Positions 1 through 12,155 of a stretch of DNA of 64,000 nucleotides are shown here, piece after piece. The translations under genes were made by a program, and so were the position numbers. This DNA comes from an uncultured Syntrophaceae bacterium (GTDB taxonomy: Bacteria; Desulfobacterota; Syntrophia; Syntrophales; UBA8958), in NCBI GenBank assembly GCA_964645835.1, contig CAZYDG010000043.1:9063-73062 (forward strand). The letters run 5' to 3'. The notes under the pieces are model-generated. The model saw nothing but the letters and a program-made list of their open reading frames with translations. It was not told the origin of the DNA and made no database searches. How positions within the stretch are numbered: position 1 is the first letter of the stretch; each line of letters opens with the position of its first letter.

Positions 1-811
1 ATTTGGCTGTGGGCAGCAAAACGCTCAGCGCTGATACAGAACCTGTACCTACTGCTGTTGTTCTCCCCTCAGCAAACTTGGCGTTGGGATTACGAAGCTG
101 TTGCCAGATGAATCCGGCCTGGCCCTGTTTGAATGCATAGATGAACCCTGCATCGTAGACTTCCTTGTCGGAGTCCATGCCCCTGCCGATGGCGGGGTTG
201 CCGGCAGCGCCGCCCTGATAGAGGTCCAGAGCAGGTTCCTGGCGTTTTTCAATAGCGAGAACACCCGTGAAATTACCAACCTTCCCAATGTACTTGATGC
301 CGGGATAGGTGTTGTTGCTGGTGACCCAGTTGTTACCCCAAGAGGTAAAGTTCTGATAACCGACCAAGAACTGGCCGATGCCCGTCGTAATGTCCATGTA
401 GACGCGGCTGAAGTTGATGTTCTGTGAAGCGTATGCTCCGGCGGCGCCGTTGCTGTACCGGCCTTCCGTCTGCTGCATGGTTGCAGGGTTGCTCCATCCC
501 GACCATACCGTGCTGCCCCACATATTTTCCAGAGCATCGAAACGGGTGACCAGTTTCAGACCTTCCTGAACCTTGAACTCCGTGTTTACGCGCAGGCGCT
601 GATCGATCATTTTGGCGGCGCTGCGGTTTGCATTGCTAGCCCAAGACGGATCGTTCGAAGCCTGTGTGCTTTTGTCCAGCAGTGAGGGGTTATCTGCGAT
701 AAATCCCTGAACATAGTACTGACCGCTTACCTTGACATCGACGGCGGCAGCGGGCATTGCAAAAGCCGCAATCAAGCCAAGTGACAACATGACTACCCAA
801 AATCTCTTCAT
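1..811 (-). CDS. Outer-membrane porin-like protein, 3' end cut by window edge
   Basis: Absent from the ORF track because it has no stop in the window. Hand translation of the minus strand from ATG 811-809 stays open for 270 codons down to base 2. The start follows a GGAGGAACAA Shine-Dalgarno (rc of 812-821). The N-terminus MKRFWVVMLSLGLIAAFAMPAAA is a signal peptide. The mature part is rich in G/N/Y/W, as in beta-barrel porins. Track ORFs 49..537(-) and 101..427(+) are other-frame shadows. Confidence 0.6.
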   Translation of the reverse strand, partial: MKRFWVVMLSLGLIAAFAMPAAAVDVKVSGQYYVQGFIADNPSLLDKSTQASNDPSWASNANRSAAKMIDQRLRVNTEFKVQEGLKLVTRFDALENMWGSTVWSGWSNPATMQQTEGRYSNGAAGAYASQNINFSRVYMDITTGIGQFLVGYQNFTSWGNNWVTSNNTYPGIKYIGKVGNFTGVLAIEKRQEPALDLYQGGAAGNPAIGRGMDSDKEVYDAGFIYAFKQGQAGFIWQQLRNPNAKFAEGRTTAVGTGSVSALSVLLPTAK

Positions 812-1583
812 TTGTTCCTCCTGATATTTTTTTTGTTTCATTTGCTTGACCCTTTCCGGGCATGTAACTGGAAGGGCCTTCAAACCATAACCGCTCTTAA
901 CACTTAATTAACTTGCCTACTTGTTATGCTGCCTATCCGGCACCACCTCCCCCTCTTATAAGTAAGTTGCGAAAAACTAGCATCCTATTTTTTAGATGTC
1001 AAGCATTTTCGACAATTATTGCCGCCCTAAATGAAATCTTCGTCAAAAATGTCGTTTGCATATAATGTGCCATGCTCACTTTTGATGGACTCTTTAATAA
1101 TTTAGATGCACGAGTGTCAAGTTGTAATTACTAATGGTATCATTTCGAAGGAACAATGGATCTGAGAAAATCCTTTTGATACCGGAATAATATTATTCTT
1201 GCTACGCTCTTAAGAAATTAACCCTTCTATCACTGCTAGCAACTGATCAAAGGCCAGAGCCTACAATCGATCGGATCGGTGGCAGCAGTCTCAAAGGTTG
1301 ACACGACACCTTAGAGGCATCTCGCGATTACAGCAAGTTTCTTCCATGAATGATTGCGGTATCTATTCAGGGGCAGGAACTCGAAATGACATATTAAGCT
1401 CATATCGCAGAATGAAAATGGATGTTGATGATACCGGGTCTTCAGCGCATTGCGACAATGACACGGTCGGTTACGTCATGTGTGGTAAATATGCCACATC
1501 TGATGCCTTGGCCGGTCTTTATAAAAAGAGGATGAAAAGCTCACTGACGGGGCTTGAAAATGGCGCAAATTATAAAATATTCC

Positions 1584-1610
1584 TTGACACTAAGGGGCAA
1601 TTGATATAGT
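1584..1610 (+). promoter_or_regulatory. Possible sigma70-type promoter upstream of acs
   Basis: TTGACA at 1584-1589 and TATAGT at 1605-1610, preceded by TGA (extended -10-like). The spacer is only 15 nt, so this is weak. Confidence 0.25.
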
Positions 1611-1735
1611 GCAAGCCCGTTACGATGTAATCCCCTTAATATCCCGTCGGCGTCCTAAGGCAAGATGCGAAGGGGGCTAATTCAATCCGCAAAAAACCGT
1701 AATAAAACTATAGTAAATGGAGGTAACAAAATCAT

Positions 1736-3706
1736 ATGGCAGAAGAGAAAGTACAGTTGAAGGAAATCTATCCCGTACCGGAGAAGATCAAAAAAATGGC
1801 TTATATCAGTGGTCGGGAAGCTTACGACAAACTGTGGAAGCGTTCCATCGAAGAACCGGATGCCTTCTGGGCCGAAATTGCGAATGAATATGTAGAGTGG
1901 TTCAAACCCTTTGACAAGGTTATGGATTACAACTTTGACATCAAAAAGGGCCCCGTTTACGTTAAGTTCTTTGAAGGCGGAAAGCTCAACGTTTCTTACA
2001 ATTGTCTGGACAAAAACCTGAAGACACGGGCAAATAAGGTGGCGATTCAGTTTGAAGGCAATGAGCCCGGCGATGATCGTGCAATTACCTACAAAGCGCT
2101 CCACGAACAGGTATGCAAGTTTGCCAATGTTCTAAAGGCCCAGGGTATTAAGAAGGGCGATGTCGTAACCTTATTCCTGCCCATGATTCCCGAACTGGCG
2201 ATTGCCATGCTGGCCTGCACCAGGATCGGCGCCATCCACAGCATCGTCTTCGGTGGTTTCAGCTCCGATGCCCTTCGTGACCGGATTCAGGACTGTAAAT
2301 CGAAACTCCTCGTGAGCTGCGACGGAACCTTCCGCGGCGCCAAAGCCGTTCCCCAGAAGGATAATGCCGATGCCGCCCTCAATGAATGCCCATCCGTCGA
2401 GAAACAGGTGGTTGTAAAGCGTGTCGGCGACAAAATCAAATGCAACTGGGTTGCCGGCCGCGACTTGTGGTGGGATGATGAAATGGCGAAGGCTTCCGCA
2501 GTGTGCGAGGCCGAGTGGATGGATGCGGAAGATCCCCTGTTTATCCTCTACACCTCCGGCTCAACGGGCAAGCCCAAAGGCGTTATGCACACCACGGGCG
2601 GTTATCTGACCTATGTCGCCTACACCCACAAAATGATCTTTGACTATAAGGAAGAGGAAATTTACTGGTGTACCGCAGATATCGGCTGGGTTACGGGCCA
2701 TTCCTATATCGTTTACGGTCCCCTCTGCAATGGCGCTACTTCCGTCATGTTTGAAGGTGTGCCGAACTACCCCGATGTTAGCCGTTTCTGGAAGGTCGTG
2801 GAAAAATATAAGGTCAATATTTTCTATACTGCACCGACAGCCATTCGCGCTGTGGCGAAAGAGGGCAATGAGTGGGTCAAGAAGGCCGACATCTCTTCGC
2901 TCCGAATTCTCGGTACGGTTGGCGAACCCATCAACCCCGAAGCCTGGAATTGGTACTACAATGTTATCGGCCGCGGCGAATGCCCCATCGTCGATACATG
3001 GTGGCAGACAGAAACAGGTGGCATTCTGATTACACCCCTCCCGGGCGCCATCGCAATCAAGCCCGGTATGGCGACCATGCCTTTTATGGGTGTTGAGCCT
3101 GTTCTCGTTGATGATGAAGGCAAGGAGTTCACCGAGACGGAAGCCTCGGGCGCTCTGTGCATCAAACGGCCCTGGCCCGGCATTATGCGCGGTGTCTATG
3201 GCGATCCCAAACGTTTCCAGGAAACCTACTTCGAACAGTTCCCCGGCTACTATGTAACGGGCGACGGTTGCCGGAGAGACAAAGACGGCTATTATCAGAT
3301 TACGGGCCGTATTGATGACGTTATCAATGTGTCCGGCCACCGGATGGGAACGGCGGAAGTGGAAAGCGCCCTTGTGGCACATGCCAAGGTTGCCGAGGCG
3401 GCCGTTGTCGGTTATCCCCACGACATCAAAGGTCAGTCCATCTATGCCTATGTTACTCTTAAGAGCGGCGTAGAGAAGTCGGATGAACTTAAAAAAGAAC
3501 TCGTCGCTCATGTCCGCGTTTTGATCGGACCCATCGCCACACCGGAGAAAATCCAGTGGGCCGATGGTCTGCCCAAGACCCGCAGCGGCAAGATCATGAG
3601 AAGAATTCTGAAGAAAGTGGCCGCCAACGACATTTCGAACCTGGGCGATACATCGACCCTGGCCGATCCGTCAGTTGTCGACGACATCGTAAAGAACAGA
3701 CTATAA
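1736..3706 (+). CDS. acs: Acetyl-CoA synthetase (AMP-forming)
   Basis: 656 aa. Carries the AMP-binding signature [21 protein letters not shown] and a C-terminal [19 protein letters not shown] upstream. Confidence 0.95.
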   Translation: MAEEKVQLKEIYPVPEKIKKMAYISGREAYDKLWKRSIEEPDAFWAEIANEYVEWFKPFDKVMDYNFDIKKGPVYVKFFEGGKLNVSYNCLDKNLKTRANKVAIQFEGNEPGDDRAITYKALHEQVCKFANVLKAQGIKKGDVVTLFLPMIPELAIAMLACTRIGAIHSIVFGGFSSDALRDRIQDCKSKLLVSCDGTFRGAKAVPQKDNADAALNECPSVEKQVVVKRVGDKIKCNWVAGRDLWWDDEMAKASAVCEAEWMDAEDPLFILYTSGSTGKPKGVMHTTGGYLTYVAYTHKMIFDYKEEEIYWCTADIGWVTGHSYIVYGPLCNGATSVMFEGVPNYPDVSRFWKVVEKYKVNIFYTAPTAIRAVAKEGNEWVKKADISSLRILGTVGEPINPEAWNWYYNVIGRGECPIVDTWWQTETGGILITPLPGAIAIKPGMATMPFMGVEPVLVDDEGKEFTETEASGALCIKRPWPGIMRGVYGDPKRFQETYFEQFPGYYVTGDGCRRDKDGYYQITGRIDDVINVSGHRMGTAEVESALVAHAKVAEAAVVGYPHDIKGQSIYAYVTLKSGVEKSDELKKELVAHVRVLIGPIATPEKIQWADGLPKTRSGKIMRRILKKVAANDISNLGDTSTLADPSVVDDIVKNRL

Positions 3707-3717
3707 CTAGATGTAAT

Positions 3718-3750
3718 GGGGGGGCGGTTTTTTAATCCGCCCCCCTTTAT
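3718..3750 (+). terminator. Rho-independent terminator after acs
   Basis: Stem GGGGGGCGG (3719-3727) pairs with CCGCCCCCC (3737-3745), followed by TTTAT. Confidence 0.7.
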
Positions 3751-3826
3751 AAAATTATAAACAAAATTTTATAACACTGAATGGCGGTTCGGTTTTTAAC
3801 CGGTGACATTCGGGAAGGAGGAAAGT

Positions 3827-4597
3827 GTGAATATTGTTGCATGTGTAAAGCAAGTTCCGGATACGGAAGCCCAGATTAAAGTCAAAGGTGATGGATCAGG
3901 GATTGAAGAGGGTGGAATTAAATGGGTCATGAACCCCTACGACGAGTTTGGTGTTGAAGAAGCCCTCAAAATAAAGGAAAAAGCCGGTGGTGAAGTTACG
4001 ATCGTGTCCGTCGGTCCTGCCCGTGCGATGGAAACCATCCGCACTGCGCTGGCAATGGGCGCCGACAAGGGCATCCATATCGATGACCCCTCCCTGTATG
4101 AAGCCGATGCCTATGCCACGGCAGAAGCTCTTGCCGCAGCGATCAAAGGCGTTCCCTTTGATATCATTTTCTGCGGGCAGCGCGCCATTGATGATGACTC
4201 CGGCCAAGTCGGTTCCATTCTGGCCGAGCTCCTCGGTATTCCCCAGGTAACCATGGTGACGAAGCTGGAAGTTGCCGGTGTTGCGAAGGCAACGACGCCC
4301 ATCGAAGGCGCCCAGCTGGTGATCGAATCCACCTTGCCCTGCGTGGTAACGGCGACAAAGGGTTTGAACGAGCCCCGTTATGCATCCCTCCCCGGGATCA
4401 TGAAGGCCAAGAAGAAGCCGGTGGATGTGAAGAATGCCGCAGCCCTTGGTGTAGCGGCCGCTTCAAAATCCAAAGTAGCCAAATTCGTACCGCCTCCCGC
4501 AAGGCCTCCCGGAAAGATTATTTGCGCGGACGATACGCCTGAGGGTAAGGCAGCTGAGTTGGTAAAGCTCCTCAGAGAAGAGGCAAAGGTTATCTAA
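3827..4597 (+). CDS. etfB: Electron transfer flavoprotein, beta subunit
   Basis: The N-terminus (M)NIVACVKQVPDTEA is typical of EtfB. I place the start at GTG 3827, directly after GGAAGGAGGAAA. The track start at 3803 is an upstream in-frame GTG. Confidence 0.9.
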   Translation: MNIVACVKQVPDTEAQIKVKGDGSGIEEGGIKWVMNPYDEFGVEEALKIKEKAGGEVTIVSVGPARAMETIRTALAMGADKGIHIDDPSLYEADAYATAEALAAAIKGVPFDIIFCGQRAIDDDSGQVGSILAELLGIPQVTMVTKLEVAGVAKATTPIEGAQLVIESTLPCVVTATKGLNEPRYASLPGIMKAKKKPVDVKNAAALGVAAASKSKVAKFVPPPARPPGKIICADDTPEGKAAELVKLLREEAKVI

Positions 4598-4626
4598 TTT
4601 ATTCTTGATCACGGAGGAATGTAAAA

Positions 4627-5598
4627 ATGGCAAAAGGTGTTTTTATAGTAGCAGAACAGAGAGACGGCGCCTTGAGAAAGGTCAGCTTCGAGTTGGCCAG
4701 CACAGCCCGGAAACTGGCCGATCAGTTGGGCGAAGAAGTCAGCGCCGTTCTGGTTGGTAAAGGCGTAGAAGGCCTGGCCGCTGAACTTGGAAAATATGGT
4801 GTGGATAAAGTATACGTGGCGGATGACGCTGCGTTTGAATTATATACGACAGGCGCTTATGCTCAGGCAGTCGCCAAGATCGTGAAGGAAAATGATGCTG
4901 CCATCCTGCTTCTGGGCGCTTCGGCTCAGGGTAAGGACCTCTCCGCCGCTCTCGTGGGCAAGCTGGCCACGGGTATGGCGACGGACTGCACGGATGTCAA
5001 GATTGACGGCGGTAAGCTTCTCGCGGTCCGTCCGATGTATGCCGGCAAGTGCTTCGGTGAAGTGGTCGTGTCTGGAACCCCCCAGATGGCCTCGATCCGT
5101 CCCAATGTGTTTCCCCTCGTCGAAAGTGCAAAAGCTGCGGCTGTCGTCAAATTTGACGCCGGTGTCGCCGATGTGAAGACGAAGGTTCTCGAAGTGCAGA
5201 AAGAAGCCTCCGGTAAGATTGACGTAGCCGAGGCCAATATTATAGTTTCCGGTGGCCGCGGTATGAAGGGTCCCGAGGGCTATGCGATCCTCGAAGAGCT
5301 TGCTGCTCTTCTGGGTGCGGCTGTCGGCGCCTCCAGAGCCGCTGTGGATGCCGGTTGGCGTCCCCAGTCGGACCAGGTCGGACAGACCGGTAAGGTCGTT
5401 TCACCGAACCTGTACATTGCATGCGGTATTTCCGGTGCTATTCAGCATCTGGCGGGGATGAGCTCCTCGAAATACATCGTGGCTATCAACAAGGACAATG
5501 AGGCCCCGATTTTCCAGAAAGCCGACTACGGAGTTGTTGACGATCTCTTCAAGGTCGTACCGGAAGTGACAAAAGAAGTCAAAAAGCTCCTTGCATAA
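4627..5598 (+). CDS. etfA: Electron transfer flavoprotein, alpha subunit
   Basis: 323 aa. C-terminal FAD-binding region [31 protein letters not shown]. Lies immediately downstream of etfB. Confidence 0.92.
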   Translation: MAKGVFIVAEQRDGALRKVSFELASTARKLADQLGEEVSAVLVGKGVEGLAAELGKYGVDKVYVADDAAFELYTTGAYAQAVAKIVKENDAAILLLGASAQGKDLSAALVGKLATGMATDCTDVKIDGGKLLAVRPMYAGKCFGEVVVSGTPQMASIRPNVFPLVESAKAAAVVKFDAGVADVKTKVLEVQKEASGKIDVAEANIIVSGGRGMKGPEGYAILEELAALLGAAVGASRAAVDAGWRPQSDQVGQTGKVVSPNLYIACGISGAIQHLAGMSSSKYIVAINKDNEAPIFQKADYGVVDDLFKVVPEVTKEVKKLLA

Positions 5599-5614
5599 AT
5601 AAGTAATCAAGACA

Positions 5615-5642
5615 GGGGGCGGGTATCCGCCCCCTCGTTTTT
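5615..5642 (+). terminator. Intrinsic terminator or attenuator between etfA and the FeS oxidoreductase gene
   Basis: GGGGGCGG (5615-5622), loop GTAT, CCGCCCCC (5627-5634), then TCGTTTTT. It ends only 12 nt before the next start codon. Confidence 0.7.
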
Positions 5643-5653
5643 ATGGAGGCAGT

Positions 5654-7885
<2,232 letters not shown>

Positions 7886-7903
7886 CAGGTTTTAATTAAT
7901 ATG

Positions 7904-7941
7904 AAAAAAACGGGGGCGGCTAGAAACCGTCCCCGTTTTTT
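7904..7941. terminator. Bidirectional intrinsic terminator between convergent genes
   Basis: An A-run, then CGGGGGCGG/CCGTCCCCG (one wobble), then a T-run. It can serve both the + gene ending at 7885 and the - gene ending at 7963. Confidence 0.7.
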
Positions 7942-7962
7942 ATTACCTCCAGGATGTCATTC

Positions 7963-9426
7963 CTAAGATTCAATGTTTTCCACAAACTCCACCTCACGGG
8001 GATGCTTGTAAGATGAAAGATAGCTTCGGCAATGCCGCATGATTTCCTTTTCATCGACCATCGCTCCTGGACGCCGGACGATCTCGGCCTTTACAATTTC
8101 GCCGCGCATAAGATCTTCTTTAGCCAAAACCTTTGCCTTAAGCACAGCCGGGTGCATCTCCAGGGCCAGTTCCACCTCGCGCGGATAGACATTGAAGCCA
8201 CTTGTGATGATCATCCGTTTCATCCGGCCCGCAAGGAAGATGTAGCCGTCATCGTCCATCCTGGCGAGATCTCCTGTATGAAGCCAGCCGTCACGGATTA
8301 CCTGGTGAGTTGCCTCATCATCCTTGTAATAGCCTTTCATGATATTATCGCCTCGTACAATCAATTCCCCAACAGTGCCTACGGGTACGTCCACGCCTTG
8401 TGGATCGACGATCCGGGCTTCTGTTCCGGCAACGACCGTGCCGATGGAACCGGGCTTCAAAGGAAGGTCAAGCCGCGTCACCGTACAAACGGGAGATGCC
8501 TCTGTCAAGCCGTAGCCCTCGACAAGGGTGGCACCGAACTTCTCTTTAAAAAGCGGAATAAATTCGGGAGGCATGGGAGCGCCCCCGGTGACACAGAATT
8601 TCAGAGAAGATAAATCGTAATTCTCCCCGCCTTTATGAAAGAGCATACCAAGAAAAAGTCTGGGAACGGCGCACGTGTAGGTTACACCTTCTCTTACAAT
8701 AGCCTGAAAGATACTGTCCAGCGTGAAGCGCTCGAGCAGCACAACGCTGGCGCCGATGCGAATGATGGCCAGCATATTGGCGACGGCGCCGAAAGAGTGA
8801 AAAAATGGGATGACGGCCATGCCTCGAAAACGGTAATCGGCATCGAAAAACCATTTGAGGAGTTCCGATTGCGTCAAAAGGTTTTTATGGGTCAGGATTG
8901 CGCCCAGTGGTTTTCCCGTCAGGCCGGCTGTGTAAATCATAACCGCCGGGTCATTAAGATCAATGTCGGGCATTTCGAATTCAGGAATACCGCGCCGGAT
9001 AATAGTCATAAACTGGGAATCACAGTCCATGCCGAGCGTGGTTATGATTTCCCGGCAAAGGGGAATTTCTTCCTTGATCTCTTCAAAACGCCGGGCGGAA
9101 CTATCCACTGTAATAAATATCCTGGCGTCGCTGTTGCCAAGGAGGTGTTTCAATTCATAGGCGGTGGATAAGATGTTCAATGTAACCGCCACAGCGCCTA
9201 CTTTTTGCACTGCAAAATAGGATACTAAAAATTCCGGACAATTGGGAAGCATGATTGCAATTTTGTCATTTTTCTTGATGCCTGTCGCCATGAAATGCTG
9301 GGCCAAAGCGTTCACGGCCTCGTTAAATTGCCTATAGGTCAGTCTGCTATTTTCATGGATTAGAAAAATATGATCGCTATAATTCCGGCAGGTTTCTTCC
9401 AACATCTGACCCAAGTTTCTCATCAA
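7963..9426 (-). CDS. AMP-dependent acyl-CoA synthetase/ligase (fatty-acid or aromatic-acid CoA ligase family)
   Basis: 487 aa. Motifs YTAGLTGKPLGAILTH, GYGLTE and TGDLARMDDDGYIFLAGRMKRMI. Substrate cannot be called from sequence. Confidence 0.85.
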   Translation of the reverse strand: MMRNLGQMLEETCRNYSDHIFLIHENSRLTYRQFNEAVNALAQHFMATGIKKNDKIAIMLPNCPEFLVSYFAVQKVGAVAVTLNILSTAYELKHLLGNSDARIFITVDSSARRFEEIKEEIPLCREIITTLGMDCDSQFMTIIRRGIPEFEMPDIDLNDPAVMIYTAGLTGKPLGAILTHKNLLTQSELLKWFFDADYRFRGMAVIPFFHSFGAVANMLAIIRIGASVVLLERFTLDSIFQAIVREGVTYTCAVPRLFLGMLFHKGGENYDLSSLKFCVTGGAPMPPEFIPLFKEKFGATLVEGYGLTEASPVCTVTRLDLPLKPGSIGTVVAGTEARIVDPQGVDVPVGTVGELIVRGDNIMKGYYKDDEATHQVIRDGWLHTGDLARMDDDGYIFLAGRMKRMIITSGFNVYPREVELALEMHPAVLKAKVLAKEDLMRGEIVKAEIVRRPGAMVDEKEIMRHCRSYLSSYKHPREVEFVENIES

Positions 9427-9627
9427 TTCAATCCCCTTTCAACTCAAAATAATTTTTTAGTCCTTAGCATAATGATGATCTTTTTCCAACCAGATAGATA
9501 TTCTCCGGAGATTCCCCTTGATTGAACCGGCATTTTTGTATAATGAAGGAAGCAACTCAGGAAGTTCTTGATCAACATTGGTTTTAATATGGTAGTAATC
9601 CCAAATCGAATTCGAGGAGATTGGAAA

Positions 9628-10161
9628 ATGAGGAAAGCTTTAATGGTATCATGGCTGTTGTTGAGTTTTGTAAGTGTCTCTTTTGCCGCAGACCTGAAAG
9701 TGGGAGACAAGGCTGCCGGCTTTAAGCTGAAGGACCCGACGGGAAGGGAATATTCACTGGAATCCCCTCTGTATAAGAATAAAGTGGTCGTTATATTTTA
9801 TGCAGATCCCGGCTCAAAAGACCTAAATAACGATCTGCAGAATAACCTCAAAGCGGCAAGAGAAAATGGGAAAATTGATAAGAAAAACTACGAGGGCCTT
9901 GGAATCGTAAACCTCAAGGACAGCATGGTTCCAAATTTTGTCCTAAAAGGCATGATTAAGAGCAAGCAGGAAGAAACCAAAGCTGTTATCCTCATGGACC
10001 CTGACTATAGTGTTATTAACCTTTGGGGTTTATCAAGAAATACATCCAATATTATTATGCTGGATAAACAAAGAACTTGTCGTTATCTTTACAAAGGGAA
10101 GGTACCCAGGGCTGATATCGATAAGGTGATCGGCTTAATCCAGCAGTATCAGGGAAAATAA
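9628..10161 (+). CDS. Secreted thioredoxin-fold (peroxiredoxin/YtfJ-like) protein
   Basis: Start moved to ATG 9628, giving MRKALMVSWLLLSFVSVSFA (signal peptide). The GFKLKDPTGREYSL..KVVVIFYADP pattern resembles the AhpC/TSA fold, but the peroxidatic Cys position is not Cys. Confidence 0.4.
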   Translation: MRKALMVSWLLLSFVSVSFAADLKVGDKAAGFKLKDPTGREYSLESPLYKNKVVVIFYADPGSKDLNNDLQNNLKAARENGKIDKKNYEGLGIVNLKDSMVPNFVLKGMIKSKQEETKAVILMDPDYSVINLWGLSRNTSNIIMLDKQRTCRYLYKGKVPRADIDKVIGLIQQYQGK

Positions 10162-10162
10162 T

Positions 10163-11023
10163 ATGTCGGCGATTATTATCGATGGCAACAAAATATCCAG
10201 GGAAATCAGAGCAAGAATAAAGGAAGAAGCGGCTGATTTAAAGGCAAGAAGCGGCATTGTTCCCGGTCTTGCCGTCGTGTTGGTCGGCGAAGATCCGGCT
10301 TCGAAAGTCTATGTCCGCCGTAAGGAAAATGCCTGTGACGAGGCGGGATTTCTGTCCCGTGAGTTTAAGCTTTCTGTTGAAACGAAAGAAACCGATCTCA
10401 TCGCCATTATCGATGAGTTGAACAATGATCCCGCCATCCATGGCATTTTAGTCCAGCTTCCCCTGCCCGGTCACATCCGGACGAACGCTATCCTAGATCG
10501 TATCGATCCCCGGAAAGATGTGGATGGATTTCATCCGGTAAATGCAGGACGCCTCTTTACAGGCGATTCCTTCCATATGGCCTGTACGCCCAAGGGTATT
10601 ATCGCCCTGCTTGATTACTCCGGAATTGACATCGCGGGCAAAGATGCCGTTATTGTTGGGCGCAGCAATATTGTCGGCAAACCTCTGGCCCTGATGCTGT
10701 TGAATCGTCACGCTACGGTCACGGTGTGCCACACCAAAACGCGAGATCTAAAATCGACAACCCTGCGCGCAGATATCCTGATTGGGGCCGTGGGACGGGC
10801 AGAGATGATCAGGGCGGATATGGTAAAGGCCGGCGCTGTGGTTATCGATGTCGGCATCAACCGGTTGGCTGATGGCCGTCTGGTCGGGGATGTAAAGTTT
10901 GATGAGGTATCGCAGGCGGCCTCTTATATTACACCTGTTCCGGGTGGCGTTGGCCCGATGACTATAGCCATGCTCCTGGATAACACGCTCAACGCTGCCA
11001 AGGAATCAATCCCAAAATCCTGA
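10163..11023 (+). CDS. folD: Bifunctional methylene-THF dehydrogenase / methenyl-THF cyclohydrolase
   Basis: 286 aa. Motifs GRSNIVGKPLALMLL and TPVPGGVGPMTIAMLL. Confidence 0.95.
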   Translation: MSAIIIDGNKISREIRARIKEEAADLKARSGIVPGLAVVLVGEDPASKVYVRRKENACDEAGFLSREFKLSVETKETDLIAIIDELNNDPAIHGILVQLPLPGHIRTNAILDRIDPRKDVDGFHPVNAGRLFTGDSFHMACTPKGIIALLDYSGIDIAGKDAVIVGRSNIVGKPLALMLLNRHATVTVCHTKTRDLKSTTLRADILIGAVGRAEMIRADMVKAGAVVIDVGINRLADGRLVGDVKFDEVSQAASYITPVPGGVGPMTIAMLLDNTLNAAKESIPKS

Positions 11024-12155
11024 AGATTTTTTCAAATCGCATTTCCCATGTATGATCCCGGCGGGCGCGTTCAAAGCCCCGCCGGCGAATTTCATCCGCC
11101 TTGTCCGGGTCGTTAAGAAGATTGGAAATCGCTGTGAGCAGATCGTCGAAATTGCGGTACGTGACAATCTCCTTGCCGATATTGTAGACCTTCTCTAATT
11201 CGGGATGATACTCCGTTAAGTAAAGCCCGCCACTCATGGGAACTTCAAAATCCCGTCCTTTCAGGCAAAAGGCTCCACTGTGACCGATAACGCCGCCGAA
11301 TCCCAGATTGATCCGACTTTTAGAATACATATCCACCATAGCGGTTGTCGACAATGGACCATTCGGCCAACCCGCACCAAAGGCTTCTACTTTGATGCCT
11401 GCCTTTTGCAGCTTTATTATGGTTTCTTCTCGGTTTCCGTAGCGCTGGCCGATAAAAGAGACGTCAATGGTCTTCTCCAGCGGCAGGGGTCTGTGGATGT
11501 CCGGGTTGGCCCCTTCCGGCATATAGATAGGCATTGCCCCCTCGACGCAGTATTTTTTTACGGCATCTTCCGTGCTTGTCCAGTTGAGGGTGAAGAACCG
11601 GCATATATCCCGGGCCCCCATGGCCTGCCCTGAGCGGATCTTCCCTATGAAATTTTCCTTGTCGTTGAGCGCGAGATTGATGAGGGGGGCCCCAAAGGAT
11701 TGAAGACTCCTCATCGTATCCGGGCTGACCTGCTCCCCGGAAAGATAGGCAAAAATGACATCGATACCTTTGCTTGTCGCAATCTCTCCTGCCTTCTTCA
11801 GCAGGTCTTTGTTCATATCCTCTCTCATGGACCGGTTCCACTGGGTCAAACCTTTGCGAAAGGAGGTCATCCAATCGTAATGATGGACGCTGCCGAATCG
11901 TTCCAGGGCGGGCTTAAGGGCAGTATCTTCCCAGTTGTAGTGGTGGTAGACGGCGAGGATGTTTAATTGGCCTTTTGGTTTGGGTATGAGATGGGGGAAT
12001 TGTTTTCGGACAGCCGAATAAATGGCCTCTTCATCGGGTATGGATAGGATGCGGTCTGCAAAAGCCGCAGCGTAGCGCTTTGCCTCCAGTTCCAGACGAC
12101 GGTCATTGCACCAGATTCTGAAACGGCGGCGGTAGTTTTTCAGATGGTTTTCCAT
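10989..12155 (-). CDS. CgeB-like glycosyltransferase (Glyco_trans_1_2-type C-terminus)
   Basis: The start is reset to the internal ATG at 12155 (MENHLKNY...). The upstream 49 codons of track ORF 10989..12302 are Arg/Pro-rich shadow overlapping the preceding gene. C-terminus LKGRDFEVPMSGGLYLTEY...YRNFDDLL..LL.DP..A..I...G.ERA...HTW..R. Confidence 0.55.
   Translation of the reverse strand: MENHLKNYRRRFRIWCNDRRLELEAKRYAAAFADRILSIPDEEAIYSAVRKQFPHLIPKPKGQLNILAVYHHYNWEDTALKPALERFGSVHHYDWMTSFRKGLTQWNRSMREDMNKDLLKKAGEIATSKGIDVIFAYLSGEQVSPDTMRSLQSFGAPLINLALNDKENFIGKIRSGQAMGARDICRFFTLNWTSTEDAVKKYCVEGAMPIYMPEGANPDIHRPLPLEKTIDVSFIGQRYGNREETIIKLQKAGIKVEAFGAGWPNGPLSTTAMVDMYSKSRINLGFGGVIGHSGAFCLKGRDFEVPMSGGLYLTEYHPELEKVYNIGKEIVTYRNFDDLLTAISNLLNDPDKADEIRRRGFERARRDHTWEMRFEKIFRILGLIPWQR

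Noticed and set aside
1298-1609. 103-aa ORF on the + strand in the acs upstream region
   Set aside because: It has a TTG start and no Shine-Dalgarno. The amino-acid composition is odd and I recognise no motif. It sits in A/T-rich intergenic DNA, so it is most likely non-coding.
2561-3511. 316-aa ORF antisense to acs (and many similar long antisense or alternate-frame ORFs: 7157..7702, 8032..8613, 8635..9171, 14882..15604, 15614..16309, 24246..24797, 25295..25996, 28334..29050, 31705..32247, 49553..50083, 56470..57051, 59449..60054, 60854..61393, 61497..61994)
   Set aside because: All lie fully inside strongly supported genes on the other strand or frame. They have Arg/Gly/Pro-rich shadow composition and no family motifs. 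They are typical shadow ORFs of moderately GC-rich coding DNA.
10989-11023. Convergent 3'-end overlaps (folD with the CgeB-like gene, 35 bp; SGNH 18054..19151 with the GT2 gene, 47 bp at 19105-19151)
   Set aside because: Short convergent overlaps are common in compact genomes. There is no evidence here of a regulatory antisense mechanism.
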